Source: Cycas panzhihuaensis (Eukaryota; Plantae; Cycadophyta). From it: 64,000 bases of DNA. The DNA lies in the NCBI GenBank assembly GCA_023213395.1, contig CM041465.1, forward strand, positions 221,161,741-221,225,740. Direction: 5' to 3'. How positions within the stretch are numbered: the stretch's first letter is position 1; every line of letters starts with the position of its first letter. A program made the translations under genes and the position numbers. Under the pieces are notes generated by a model, which worked only from the letters and a program-made list of their open reading frames with translations, was not told the DNA's origin and did not search any database. Of this stretch, positions 11,637-25,899 are shown piece after piece.

Positions 11637-14600
11637 ATGTCTAGTTTTGGGAATATGATTATTCCTAAATTTGATGGAAATAATTTTCTTAACTGGAGTA
11701 GGAGGATGAGGCCCATCCTCATAGCAAATAAGATATGGGATATAGTAAGAACCGGTCACAATGACTTAGGATCAAATCCAACTGATACTGAAAAAGTTAC
11801 ATACAAAGAAAATGTCAAAAAAGATAATGAAGCATTAGCCCTTATCTTCTGTGCATTGGAAGATCATGTTTTCCCACGAGTCGGTGAATCCATTAAGTCC
11901 AAAGAGGCTTGGGATACTTTACAGCTTATATATGAAGGGGCCGTATCCTCTAAATTACAAAACTTGAGAAGTAAGTTTAAAAATTTACGTATGATACCTC
12001 ATGAATCAATAACTAAATTTATGACCAAGATTCAAGATATCGTTAACCAAATGAGGTCACGTGGGGATATCTTAACCGAACAAAGAGTAGTTGAACTAAT
12101 CCTTCGATGTGTAGGAGCCGTTAGACGTTTTGAAATAGTAGCTACTAGTATTAGTGTATCAAAAGACCTAAGTACCCTCAAAGTAGAATAACTTACTGCT
12201 ATGCTCATGTCTATAGAAGAGCAACAAGCTGCCAATGACACTTTAGAACATGCCTTTGCTACAAAGGCCAACATTCAACCTAACCCTCAAGATGGCACCT
12301 CAAAACAAAACGAATCCTCTCTAAGGAGAAAAGATGGAAACCCTAGAAATGAAACTAGACAAAATCCTCCACGATACCAAGCTCCTCATAATAGACAAGG
12401 AGGACCCCCACAACATGAAAACTCTCCAAGACATTCGAACGTTCAAAGAAATCTAAACCAACAAAGACAAGTTGATAATCATCCTTGTTGCCCACATTGT
12501 CATGGGAATCCACAACCTTCTAGAACACCTCAGAACTATTGTGACCAACCAAGAAATAATCATACTCAATTCTATGAGGAAAGGGGGAGACCTTCCAACC
12601 TTGATCGCTCTCCACCAAGGAATCAAAATCTCAGTTATGGGAAAAGAGATCAATTATATTGCACTTATTGTAGTAGAAACGGTCACACTGAAGATAAGTA
12701 TTTTTTAAAACATGGACCACCCCCTAGAGGACATGTGTCAAATACATCAGAATCTAAAATCAACAATAGGTTATTTCTATCTAGTTTTTCAACCTAGGAA
12801 GAAGAGGATGATAGTTGGTACATTGATTCTGGTTGTTCCACCCACATGACCCATAAAGAATAGTTATTTCAAACTTTGGATACAAATAAAAAAGGGTCTA
12901 TTATGTTTGGAGACAACACTTCTCACCAATCGATTGGAAAGGGTAACATTGCCTTATTGACTGATAGCGGTGAATATAAATATTTAAATGATGTTCTATA
13001 CATCCCTGCTTTAAGGAAAAACTTACTACTCCAGAGGATGATGATGGGATAAGATTATAAAATAATTTTTGACAACGGTGAATGTATCATCAAAGACAAA
13101 TGACAAAATGAAGCTATTGTTGCTAGGGGTATCATGACTAAAGATCATTTATTTAAGCTTACTATCACCCCCTCAGATACATATGCTCTTAGAACCACAA
13201 CTACTATGGACAGTGACCTATGGCATTGACGTTTCAGTCATCTTAATTATACCAGTTTAGCCCTTATGAAAAGATTAGATATGGTTAATGGCTTGCCCCC
13301 TATTGATGTTAATAAAGAGTTGTGTGAGGGATGCCTTTTTGGAAAACAACATAGAGAAAGTTTTCCAGACTTTAGCCATCGGGCATAAGCCCCTCTTCAA
13401 CTCGTATACACAGATATTTGTGGCCTAATGGCCACTCCCTCTTTGGCAGGTGCTAAGTATTTTCTTATATTTATTGATGACTTTACAAGAAAGACTTGGG
13501 TGTTCTTTCTCAAATAAAAATCTGATGCTTTCGACCACTTTGTTGACTTCAAAACCTTTGTTGAGTGACAAAGTGGATATCATATCCTCTCCTTAAGATC
13601 AGATAATGGGAGAGAATTTACCTCTAATATCTTTAAGGATTACTGTATCCAACATGGGATTAGGTGCCAACATACTAACCCCTACACCCCACAACAAAAT
13701 GGTGTAGCAGAAAGGAAAAATAGAACTATCATAGAAATGGCACATTGTATGCTTAAAGATAAAAACTTAGGCCATGAATTTTGGGCTGAAGCAGTCCATA
13801 CCACAGTTTACCTACTTAATTGATGTTCCACAAAAGCAGTTAGGTGGAAGACACCAGAAGAAGCATGGACAGGTTATAAACCTAGTATCTGTCACCTTAA
13901 GGTATTTGGCTGTTTAGCCTATGCCCATATCCCTGACCAAAGAAGAACCAAATTAGATGATCATAGTGTAAAATGTATCTTTTTTGGATATAGTGAATCG
14001 TCAAAATCTTACAAAGTTTATGATCCAAAATCCTGAAAGGTTATACTGAGTAGGGACGTCAAATTTCAAGAAGACACCTACTATCAAAATAATCATGAAC
14101 AACAGAAGGACATTACCATTAAGTTTGATGCATCAAATACATCCAAATATGTGCCTCCTATGTGGAGAAATTCTCCAGAAACTGCTAGGGAAGCAACATC
14201 ATCTCAACCACTGTCACAACTGCTACCCAAATGGGTTCAACGCAACCATGACTTAGGAAATATATTAGATAATAATCAAAGATCTACACGCTCACACAAA
14301 GTTAACTTTACTCTAATGAGTAAGCTACTCGAAAGTCATGAGCCTCAAATCTTTGGTGAGGCTAATCAACATGAATGCTGACAAAAAGCCATGTAAGAGG
14401 AATATAAATCTATCGTTAAAAATGATACTTAGGAACTTGTAGACTTACCACCAAGGAAGAAAGCCATTGGAACCAAATGGGTTTATAAGACTAAGTTCCA
14501 CTCTGATGGATCAATTGATAAATATAAAGCTTGTTTAGTTACAAAATGATATGCCCAAAGAGAAGGCATAGACTATACCGAAACATTTACCCCAGTTGCT

Positions 14601-15870
14601 AGGATGGAATCAGTTCACATGATAATAAGTTTAGCTGCCCAAATGGGTTAGCCTGTTTATCAAATGGATGTAAAAAGTGGTTTCTTAAATGGTTATATCC
14701 AAGAAGATATATATGTCTCTTAACCCCTCGGTTTTGAAGTCAGGGGGGAAGAAAACAAAGTGTACAAGTTAAAGAAGGCATTATATGGTCTAAAACAAGC
14801 ACCTAGGGCTTGGTATTCCCATATATACATATATCTTAAAGATCAAGGGTTTGAAAGATCTCAAGCAGATCCAAACCTATACATCAAAATTAAAGGAAAT
14901 TCGATATTGATTGTAGGACTCTATGTGGATGACTTAATTTATACTGGAAATGACTCCCAATTTTTAAGTTAATTTAAAGAAGCTATGTGTAAGGAATTTG
15001 AAATGACAGACTTAGGTCTTATGCACTACTTCCTAGGATTGGAAGTGTGGCAAGATAAACAAGGAATATTTATCTCTTAACGTAAATATATATTAGACCT
15101 TCTACAAAGATTTAATATGACAAATTGTAAACTATTATCAATACCAACAGAAATTGGAATTAAACTCTCTAAGACAGATGACTCAACTTCAGTTGATCCC
15201 ACTCACTATAGATAACTGATTAGCAGCCTACTTTATTTAACCTCTACTTGACCTGATATAACATATTCCATAAGTATTGTATCTAGATTTATGCAAGATC
15301 TAAAGACATCTCATTGGCAAGCTGCTAAAAGAATCCTCAGATACCTTAAAGGGACTCCAGACTTTGGGTTATACTACAAACCTACATTTGAGTTTCAGCT
15401 AACTGGTTATACAGATTCAGATTGGGCTAGTGATGTCAATGATAGAAAATCTACCTCAGGTTATGCATTTAGTATGGGATCAGCAGCAGTAGCTTAGAGT
15501 ACAAAGAAACAAAATACCGTTTCCTTATCCACAGCTGAAGCAAAATATAAAGCCGCAGTGTTAGGAGCCTGTGAATCAATCTGGTTAAGAAGACTCTTAC
15601 AGGATTTTCAAATTAAACAGCAAGGTCCCACTAGAATTTGGTGTGACAATCAGAGCGCTATTCAAATGACCAAAAATCTAGTATTCCACGGTAGAACAAA
15701 GCATATTGAAACTCAATACCACTTCATTCAGGAACTTGTACAAGCAGAAGAGATAGAGTTGACTTATTGTAGCACCGAAGATCAAACAACGGATATTTTT
15801 ACAAAGGCCTTGAGAAAAATCAAATTTGAGAAATTTAGAGATGATTTAGGAGTCATACACATTGGGCTTA
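11637..15870 (+). pseudogene. gag-pol: Copia gag-pol polyprotein with many in-frame stops
   Basis: Gag IPKFDG, zinc knuckle CTYCSRNGH, protease WYIDSGCSTHMT, integrase LRSDNG and TPQQNGVAERKNRT, RT QMDVKS and LYVDDL, RNase H GYTDSDWA and HGRTKHIE. Confidence 0.95.
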
Positions 15871-15880
15871 TGGGGGAGAA

Positions 15881-16191
15881 TGTTGGGAATAACTCCAATG
15901 TACGTGCTCCAGAGCACTTAGGGCCCCTAGGGCACCTTGAGCCGTTCAACAGCCACCCAGACCGACCACTCATTTGAGGTACGTATCACCGTTATTTATT
16001 TTAATATTTTTTAAACTAACCTTAATTGTTGTGCAGCTAGGGTGATGGCACCCGACGCCTCCCTGAATTCTTTATTTAAGGGTTGGGAATACCTCCTTGG
16101 TGTTTATTAACACCGTCATTCTATTAGAAATTGCCGTTGTACTCAAGATGCGATAGTTATGATGTCCTGCTTTGCTCCTCCGGCTCCATCA
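15881..16191 (+). repeat. Copia 3' LTR (311 bp)
   Basis: Follows the PPT; ends CCATCA then TSD TAATT. Confidence 0.97.
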
Positions 16192-17619
16192 TAATTTGGA
16201 ACAAAAATCATGAGTTGAGGGTTTGGGTCTAACAAATATAAGAGTATTTTCAACTTGTAAAAATGGATAGTGATCAACAGTTTGAGTAGATATATTATAC
16301 TTAGACAATAAACCACGTGAATGGTGGAAAATTTTGGAATGGACCAGGTGTAAAACCTAACCGCTATCATGAGACATATTTATAATATTATTCTTAGAAT
16401 GATTGAGAATACTACAAATTGTAATTACTACTATGAATTTTTGAAACTTAAATAGATTAGATCAGTAGAAGAATATGATACTACCTTTACTAAGCTAACT
16501 AATATACTCAAGGACATACTCGAAGAAAGTATTATCCAATTATATATTAATAGTTTAACCATAGAAATTCAAGTTTATTTCTTAACACATGAATTAAAAA
16601 CCCTCAATAAAGTTATATACTTGGCTCATATCTATGAGAGTAAGATTAAATCTCTAAGAGAGTCCAATTTTGGGATTTATATTCCTCTATTTACTCAAAT
16701 CGATATACTAGTATCATCCTAATTAATACCAATAAAAATGGGACCTATAATTCCTAGTAAAACCTTTAGTCTAAACAACAGATCATATAATCCATCCACA
16801 TAAATAAGACTAACTCTCAAAAGATTAAAGGAAAAACATGATGTCGTAAGGGAAAAAATGCTTGCTTTAGATGCATTGAACCATTGAAATAAGGTCATAG
16901 ATATAGCTAAAATTAAATGTTCATTATAGAACTAGCACCAAACGAGGATGATCTACCTTACGGAGAAGATAATTTGGATCTAGAAATATGTATTGAAGAG
17001 ACATTAACACTAGAAAAGGATATGCCATACATATCTCTTTTGTCCATGATTAGAATCATTTAATAAGATACATTTAATTTACAAAGGTTTATCAACAAAT
17101 AACCTATTATAATCCTCATTGATTCAAGCATGTTGTGGCCCCCCTTCTTAGAAGTGAAAAACATATGATAAATGCCTTCTAAACAATGCAAGCACCAATC
17201 CATCTAAGTAAATTTATTAAAAACTCAAATTATGTATTTCAAATTTAGTGAAAATTATTAGAATTTGATCACAGCTTTGATACTATGTTAGAATTGATCG
17301 AAGTACGAGGTAAATACATATAACTTAAGCTATATTCAAAGTACATTTGTGAAATAGCCTTACATTAATCTATTGTGAAGAGAGTACATCAGATTTCCAA
17401 TAGTATGGTGGTATTGATGAACACCAAGATTTAGAATCCCATAAGATATATACTTTTAAGGAAGGAGGGAAACCTCCTTAAACTTCAATTTTAAATAATA
17501 TAAAATAATCACAATACATAATAAAACAACCTTACCTTACTTACTGTGAAGAAATATGTGATCACATATCTTTAAAGTGGGAGTTAAGTTAGGAATATTA
17601 ACCCCATCATACTCCCCCT

Positions 17620-18322
17620 TAATGTTCATCACGTTTGTCTTCTACTTCTCCTTGAACTTGTGGTATAAATGCTTTAATAATACTTTAAAGAAGTGATTAT
17701 GCTCATGTCTTATAACTTTATTATCAACTTTGAAGTGGTCTTTGATTTACACGATTGTCCTTACTATATATTCTTCAATAAATTGTAGTCTAAATGTAGG
17801 TGTAAGTTGCTTTAAATGAATATGAGTGCATTTATCTTTGAGTTCATCCTTTTAATAAGGGTCAATTGGGTTAGATGCATATGAAGCCTTATCAAATGTA
17901 TCATTATATTTATTAATTTTATTATAATATTCAATATTGCATGCTACATTAGACTTTTCATCAAAAAATACTTGTTCTATCATCTATGTAACATAAAATG
18001 TGTCATCAATATAGTTAAATTTACTTAAATCAAAAGTTTCTCCCACATAAAGTGAATCGAGTGTACCCTCAATAGATTTATATATGGTCAAATCATAAAC
18101 ATGAGTAAATACATTATCATCTATGGTACAAGGCATTAGTGCTAGGGCTTCATTATCCCTTTTTAAGTTTTCTCTAAAGTCTAGTTCATTCATTAGGTAA
18201 TCATTTTCTATGAATTTCTAAAGATTATTTATAATAAAATGTGATTTCAACATATATCTCCAAATCTAAAAATTTATTCCATAAAATATGGGAAACTTAG
18301 AGTTATTATCAATCATAATCAT
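17620..18322 (-). pseudogene. gag: Truncated gag plus acidic tail of gag-only copy 2
   Basis: MNELDFRENLKRDNEALALMPCTIDDNVFTHVYD... homologous to 5701-6389. Confidence 0.8.
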
Positions 18323-20286
18323 TGTAATTAATGAATCATAACATCTAATGAACTAAGAGATATATCTTCTTAATCAATGCAAGATAGATGCATTCTTTTG
18401 AAATGAGATAAACCTTTCAAAGGATATATATGGGACTTAAAATTAAAGGACAATATAATATAATATAAGGTAGTGTGTTTAATCTTTTAAATATGATGGA
18501 GATGGCCTGAACTTAATTTGAATGTGTCTTTTACATGAGAGTTATATAAACTTAAAATATATAAAGAGTTTTTAAATGACTACTTTCATAAATCAAAAAA
18601 TAACTTAATAATAAAGGAAAGTATATCCTTTCAATAAATGCTATTTACATATTAATTTTCATAAGATTTCAAAAGTGAGCTTAAAAGGGAATAATATGCC
18701 TTTAAATGATCATATGTAATGAAGTGCAACATGAAATGCTTTTCAATGTTAAAATGGAGCAAAATGATCTTCTAATTTTAATTCCTTATCAAGGATAAGT
18801 AACCATCAAATGAGTCTTTTTAAATCAAAGAAATTATGAAAATAATCCTAAAATGTACTCATTGAAACATAAAGTAAACAACTTACTTGAAAAAAAGAAA
18901 GTTGAATGATATATGTATATTTTTTCAATTGAATGCCTTAATGCAAAGATATCTTAATAAAGAAATACGAGTAAGATTTTCTTATGCAATCTTTATCTTT
19001 CAAAAAAGAAGCTTCTTAAAAGATAGCTAAAAACAACTTTCAATAAGAATGTATTAACTTCTAATGAGATTGTTTTAATGAATCAATAAGAAACTATAAG
19101 TAAATGAATCAAGGAGATGATCTTTTCAAATATTGTATACTTTTTAATCAAGGTAGCTAATCAACCTTTAGAACCAATAAGATTTTTAAAAATAAAGACA
19201 AAATATATAATCCTTTCTAATAAGATGAATATAAATGACTTATAATCTTTTCATCAAGGATGCATATAAGAGGCCTTATAATGAAAGATGATGTATATAA
19301 GGATGCAATGATATCCTTGAATAAAGAAGACTTAAAGCTTAAAGAAGCAAAGAATAATAGCTTATAACCATGCAATAGTGTACTTATGAAGCTTTAAGAA
19401 GTATGAAGGCCTTAAAGCAAGTAAAATTTCCTTTAACTTATGAAATAATGAGCTCAAAGTGAATAAGGTTGCTTGCAAATGCTTTTAGATGTAATGTAAG
19501 TAAAAGGAAAGTGAGCTCTTTAGTTGGATTCTTTTATAAATAAGGTGTATCTTTAAAGTATTCAAGAAGGAAAATAACCTTTAATATACATAAATACTCA
19601 AAGAAAACTCCTTAAACAAGAAAAACTCTTTAAATAAGCAAGGGATTCACTTAGATTTACTTTTAGATATAATGGAATGAAAATAATAAGGTAAGAGCTA
19701 CCTGTGTATAGCTTTTGAATGTAATAGGGGTCTTACTACTCCAAAAGCAAAAAAGGATGCTAAAAGACTACAAAATAGCTTGTAAATATTATAAACACTA
19801 GAAAAAGTCATCAATAATTAGTTAGTATATAAATATCAATCAAATGTATTTAATTAGAAAGAAAATATAGCTAAAAATACCTCTGAAAGTGTCTAACTAG
19901 GACTAAAATAGAGCCTTTATTTTAGGGATGTTAATGACCTATAAAATAATATTAGAATAAGATGAAACCTATTCTATTACGAAGAGCTCTAGAAAAACTT
20001 TCTAACGGTTTAGACGACTTGAGAAACAGAGCTGTAGAACTCAAGTTATTAACAAAATAGTGAAAGGACCTATTTATGGCTAATGAAATATGAGTAATAA
20101 ATGAAGATCAACTTTAACCTAATCAAACTCTACAAAAAATGGCTCAAAATAAGTAAATGAGGACTCCAAACTATAGATCTCTAAGTCATGAATCCAATAA
20201 GTCTAGTAGTTTAAAAATTTAACTCCCCAATGCTAAGATATAACTGAAATGTGAACAGACCTCCTTAGGTAAAAATTAAAAATATA

Positions 20287-20338
<52 letters not shown>
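20287..20338. repeat. (TG)n(TA)n microsatellite
   Basis: Seen directly. Confidence 0.95.
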
Positions 20339-20341
<3 letters not shown>

Positions 20342-23108
20342 GTTTATCCCCTTTGAAAATAGGTTGTTGGTCATATGAGGAGCTATAGGATTAGTGGATA
20401 TAAGCTTAAGAGGGTCTCTGATCTCAAAAAATATCAAATAAGTAATATACTTTTTGATAAAGCAAAAAAAATTTAGTTTAATTAATAAAACTTTGAGGTC
20501 TACTAAAAACGTGGTCATGTGGAGACCAAACAAAATTGGGGGCTAAAGATGAAGGGGGTTAATGCCCAAAAAAGGTGCTGAATCTCAAATGACACTTCAA
20601 TATAATTTAATTAACTCAAACCTTTGGAAAAAAATAAAATTTTTGAAGAAAAAAGAGACAACCATAAAAATGACAAAGTGCAAAGGCAGATAACAATTAA
20701 ACATTTGATTGAAACGGGCTTGAAATTGATTGAGAGTGATGTGGAGGGGGAATAGAAGGTAGATTAGTCAAATACACAAAAAAAATATGAATTAAAAAAA
20801 AAAAAAAAATGAAGAATGGACACTCTGAGGTCACACGACCTTCTATGATAATGTAGAGGAAAGTTTTGGCATTTAAACTTAATGAAAGACACCTAAAATC
20901 AATCCAAATCTGTGCAAAAGGGGTGCTATAGACCTAAATGAGGATTGGCTAAAAAATATACAAATTTTTTTTTTTTTAATATGTAAAAATAGAGAAAAAA
21001 GGTCATAGTGGGCACATAGTAGTGGTGACAGAGGGCGAGTTTTTGATCAAAAAATGAATGTAACCAAGCTTAGATTTACTAAAAAATGTGATGAGGTGGG
21101 GTGCCATCGATCTAAGCTAGAGATCAATAAGAAATTTCTAAAAAAAAAAGATTTTTTAATATATAATATTAAAAAATGACATAAATAAAGGGCGCACTGA
21201 TAGAGGTCACTCCAAGAGCTTGTTCTACTTAATGGGGTCATAAAATATAACAAAAATTAAGGGGAAACTTTCTCTTATTGATGCTGAGGTGCCCCTAAAA
21301 TTTCACAGTGAATAGATATCTATAGGTTGAGAATGAGCTTATTAAATATCAGGAGACCATAGAGGTTACATGTATCATACGACTGAAATGAGGCTAGAAA
21401 AACATCATAAATATATTCTACAGGCTTAAAAATACCTCGCTACCAAGTTTTAGAGAAAACCAGTAAGAAACAAATCCAAACAAAGTAATTTCAACTTTAA
21501 TGGCTAGGGGTTTCAACAGGCAGTGAGATACACTAGGATTCTAGGAGCTATAACTTACTATAGGAATGACAGTTTTTTGAACCATCTTTTCTGGAGCGTA
21601 GAGGACTCAGAGACAAATCTAATGAGTGGTCACTTGATGTGGTTCTGAGAAATGTGGAAATTGCATTGGCCTATTAAAGTTTAAGAACTTAAAAAATCAT
21701 TTAAAAATTTGATGAAAAATAATTAAAATCTTAAAAAATATCAAATAAAACTTTAAAATAATTGTACCAAATGATTGTTATCTTATATAAGTTACTTTTG
21801 ATAATGATGCTTTTCATTTATGTATATATGTGTGTGAAGACTTCCTTAACTTCCTACCTCTTATTTCAATGTAATACTCTTTTTACTTTGCAATGTTTAT
21901 TCATTCTATATAAGATGGAAACTATTGTTTATTCCATTAAGTATTGTAGGTCCATCACTTAGTTTGTATTTTGGTTATTATTCATCCTATATAAGGTGGA
22001 CTATTGCACCATGCTCCACTAAGTATGAGAATGCACCAACCTTAGATTATTAGAGCAGTTAATTAATTTGTATCATGATGTATTTCAAGGTGTTAAGACT
22101 TTTCTTTTGACACCTTGAATGATATAACTTCTTTTATTATAGATTTTATAATATAAATCCAACTAGATTACCTTGAAAGAGTAGCATAGTTGGGAGAACA
22201 TATGATATGAACAAGGGAAGAATAGAAAGGTAGAATAGTTGTAAGAGTAGCAAATAGGTACTAAGATCCATAAACATCTTTGAGATATTATAAAATTAGT
22301 TGAGGAACATAATTTATAAGAGAAGGTTCTACCAAGTGAAATATTAATATTTTAGATTTTTTAAAACTAGTGGATCATTGAAAATAGATATTGGGGTGAA
22401 AATATATAAAAGTTTAAAGTTGCATGAATGAATGACTAGTAGTTTGTAAAAGGGTAAATTCACACTTAAAGCACATGTTCTATAGCAAATTCCTATTTTG
22501 TAATTCATAACTAGATTCTATATTTGACTCCATATAAATAGGGAATTAAGATATTTCTATATAGTGATAGATATCCCAAAATAGATACCACATGAGAAAG
22601 TTATCAAAGTTCAAGTTTATTGAGTTTTAAACTTTACTAGTTGTAGAATTTAAAAGACTCATTAAATTGTTAAGTTTGAAGTTATCTAAAATTACATTTT
22701 ACCTTAGATAGTTATTCCACAATGAGTAGAATATTAAAAGCTTTCCAATGAGTGGTGGAACTCTAAAATCAAACACTAGATGAGAAAATTATAGTCATTT
22801 GAAGTTGGGCTTCTAAACCAAGTTTTTTGTGAAAACTCTACAATTTTGTATCATAAATTATAAAAGTGAAGTTTTATGGGGAAATGTTTTACAAGATCAA
22901 AATTTTATAGGAGAGGAAACTAATAAGAGAGGTAAGTTATAGGAGAAGAATTCAAGGAAGAAAAGTTTGTTGGGAGAGGATCTCTCGAGAAAGTAAAAAC
23001 ATAGGGAAAAAACCCTAAAAAACTATACTTCATGAAAAGTGATATAACCCTCTTAATACTTGGTTGTTTTCCATATTCTACCTGTTAATTCAAAGCTATT
23101 TGAAAGGG

Positions 23109-23127
23109 CTCTCTCTCTTTCTCTCTC

Positions 23128-23158
<31 letters not shown>

Positions 23159-23165
23159 ACATACA
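23109..23165. repeat. (CT)n(CA)n microsatellite within the Tekay-like LTR
   Basis: Seen directly. Confidence 0.9.
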
Positions 23166-24540
23166 TCATAGAGAAAGAGAGAGATTTTATGTCTAGCAAA
23201 AATGTAATTTGATAATTTTATGTTTTTTAATATAATTCACTTAGTTGAGTGAAAAATCAACTCTAGACAACCTTATGTTATTTTTCTAATATCTCACTCA
23301 TCTAAAGCTAAATTTAGATGATTTTAGTTACCTTGAAATATGTATTCAAAGAAAATTATGCCCATGTGTTTAAATTTAATTATATACACCTATAAAGTAT
23401 GTCCATTACCTTAAAATATAGAAAAGTATGTAGTACCAGTATGAAGAGTAGTTGACAAACATTCATAGTTTCATTAATAACTTTCCTATTAGTTGATAAA
23501 AGTTCACCAAATTAGTCTTGTTAGAATCATAATAAAAGTATCTAAACACCTAGATAACTAAGGACCATTAAAGAACTCCCTATATGATGATAATTTTTGG
23601 AAATAGAGGTAGTGGGTAGATTATAGTTATACTAATAGTGGTAATTGTGAGTATATTTTGAGAGCCACTATGTGTATCATTTAAGCCATTAAGATCAGAT
23701 TCTCCTCTAAGTATTAATAGAATTTATGACAGAATAAAATGATACTTAGAGAGGGTATAGACTAGAAATTATAAGAGAAGAAGATACTTTTTATTTTCTT
23801 ACTTTTAGATGCTTGGGTTTCAACAAAGAGCTTTATGATACGTAAGGAGCTTGGATGAAAGAGTGGATTCTATCATAGAAGAGAGAGCAACCGATCAATT
23901 TTTTATGAGCTTATATAGGGTTTTCTATGTTGAATTTTGATGGAATGCTGAAAGGATGATGGTCAAACCCTTTTAATAGAATTTTTATAAATTATCCACA
24001 CTTGTGTTGTGTGCTATAATAGCCAAGAGGTTGAGAGCATAATCTTTATTATGGATGAACACTTTAGGAAGAATTTTCTTCTTGTGATATACTAATATAA
24101 AATAAAGGTAACGGGCTAAGAATTTCCCTAGTTATATTTTAGTTTTAGATAATTTATTATCAAAATTTTTAAATATATTTCTTGATCTTGGAACAGCATT
24201 TCCTAAGGAGTTGATCCTGATATTATTAGGAGAGGCTTAAGGAGTGCCCTCTAGATATTTAGGTTAGGGTTAAGGAGTCCCCTATACTCAAGTTATTTTT
24301 GTGTTTATTAATATAAAAAGGATTTTATGTGAGCTAGTACACATCTTCCTACAAGAGTTGAGAGAATCCCCTGTATATTACATGGTGAACTTTACCATTT
24401 CATGTAGTAGGTTGAATGACTATTGACATATGCATGTGTGTGACCTAGTATCTTAATATTCTTAGATTACTTTATGGGTGTCAAAATTTTTTAATTAAGA
24501 TATGGTAAATAGTCCTTTTTCTCATGTTGCTCCATATGTT

Positions 24541-24750
24541 TAAGGGTTAAGAGTCCCCTCTAGTTATTCTTTGTGTATAAAAGTTAGGAGTTCCCTATGG
24601 TCTAGTATTTCTATATGAGGGTGAGGAATCCCCCTAATTATTCTTTGTACACAAAGGTGAGGAGTCCCCTCTAGTTATTCTTTATATATGAGGGTGAGGA
24701 GTCCCCTATATTATGGTTATTTGAGCATGAGAGTGAGGAGTCCTCTCTTG
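24541..24750 (+). repeat. ~37-bp minisatellite (core GAGGGTGAGGAGTCCCCT), about 6 units, in the Tekay-like LTR
   Basis: Repeated core with variable AT-rich linkers; scattered degenerate copies at 24200-24370. Confidence 0.85.
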
Positions 24751-25267
24751 TTTATAATTGGTAGCATGGTGTGAATCATGTTGGTTACATAGTAAGGTAG
24801 TCCATTTAAATTGTTATAACAATAAGCCATATGTAATATAGAATTTTTAGATCTAGTTTTAAGTATGATATGCAACTATATAAATGATATAGTAGTGGAA
24901 ATCAAGAGATGGTAGTAGCATCCATTTACTAAATTATATATAAAGATTACATTTACTTTGGATAAGTAGGTTGAGGTTGTGCAAAGAGTGACCTACCAAT
25001 GTCACATTATTCATATCATGTGCTCCAATATGAGGGCACTTTCCTTTTTAGGATTATAAAAGATTAGGTGGTAAATTTGTTTGAAGCAATCTGTTTGGTT
25101 CACTCCCTTTAGTATTAAAATAATTGGCATACTATCTCACTTAATCATTGAAATTATATGTTACTCTTGTAATATTTCATATATTACTAAAAATAAAAGA
25201 AACATATTTATAAATGCATAAGTACCCTATTCATTTGAATTTGTCATATCATATAGGTATATATTTT

Positions 25268-25801
25268 TGATGGGGTCAATGTTCCTCACCTAACTCCCAC
25301 CTTCAAGACATGTGACTGCACACTTCTTCATGGTAAGTAAGGTAAGGTTATTTTATTATGTATTGTGATTATTTTATATTATTTTGAATTAGAGGTTGAG
25401 GAAGTTTCCCTCCTTCCTCAAAAATATATATCTTATGGGATTCTAAACCCTAATGTTTATCAACACCACCATACTATTAGAAATCAGATGTACTCTCTTC
25501 ACAATGGATTAACGCAAAGCTATTTCACAAGTGTTTTTTGAATATCGCTTGAGTTATATGTGTTTACCTGCTACTTTGATCAATTCTAGCATGGTATCAG
25601 ACTTGTGATCAAATTTTAACATGGTATTAGAGTGCTGACCTACCTTCACATCAAGCATATATTTGATAATATGTCACTTCTATATAGTTTTTATTAATAT
25701 TTTTTATATAGTTTTTGTTAATATTTAGCTATAATTGATACATATGCTCTATTTGATCAACATTTCTTTAGTTTTTTGTAGCTATAATGTGTGCATTCAT
25801 C
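25268..25801 (+). mobile_element. Gag-only element copy 2: 5' LTR (25268-25621), PBS and first ~180 bp of internal region, inverted relative to the rest
   Basis: 354-bp LTR starting TGATGGGGT like 17609(-). TSD ATTTT at 25263-25267. PBS TGGTATTAGAGT at 25622. Confidence 0.9.
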
Positions 25802-25899
25802 AGTATATAAAAGTTTATTTAACTCAAAGTTAGGTCTTTACATCCTCATCACCTTTAAAGTAGCATCATCCCAATATGCTTCAACCTATTGAAAACAAG

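Larger units (their letters stand above)
8019..16191 (+). mobile_element. Full-length decayed Ty1/Copia LTR retrotransposon
   Basis: LTRs at 8019-8352 and 15881-16191. TSD TAATT at 8014-8018 and 16192-16196. Perfect PBS, PPT GGGGGAGAA, domain order gag-PR-INT-RT-RH. Confidence 0.97.
7700..17130 (+). pseudogene. Decayed Gypsy (chromovirus, Reina/Galadriel-like) gag to start of protease, interrupted by the Copia at 8019-16191 and cut at 17130 by a Tekay-like LTR
   Basis: 16200-17130 translates to EFLKLK*IRSVEEYDTTFTKL, NACFRCIEPLK*GHRY and PIIILIDSS (protease active site). The left boundary is approximate. Confidence 0.65.
17256..21777 (-). mobile_element. Gag-only element copy 2: 3' LTR (17256-17609) plus most of the internal region
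   Basis: Reverse-complement homolog of ~2370-6795. PPT complement CTCCCCCTT follows 17609. TSD AAAAT at 17251-17255. Confidence 0.9.

Noticed and set aside
24541-24750. CRISPR-like repeat-spacer appearance
   Set aside because: Plant LTR context, degenerate repeats, linkers similar to each other and no cas genes; it is a minisatellite
17256-25621. DNA transposon with 354-bp terminal inverted repeats
   Set aside because: The repeats are LTRs with PBS, PPT and TSD, reoriented by an inversion
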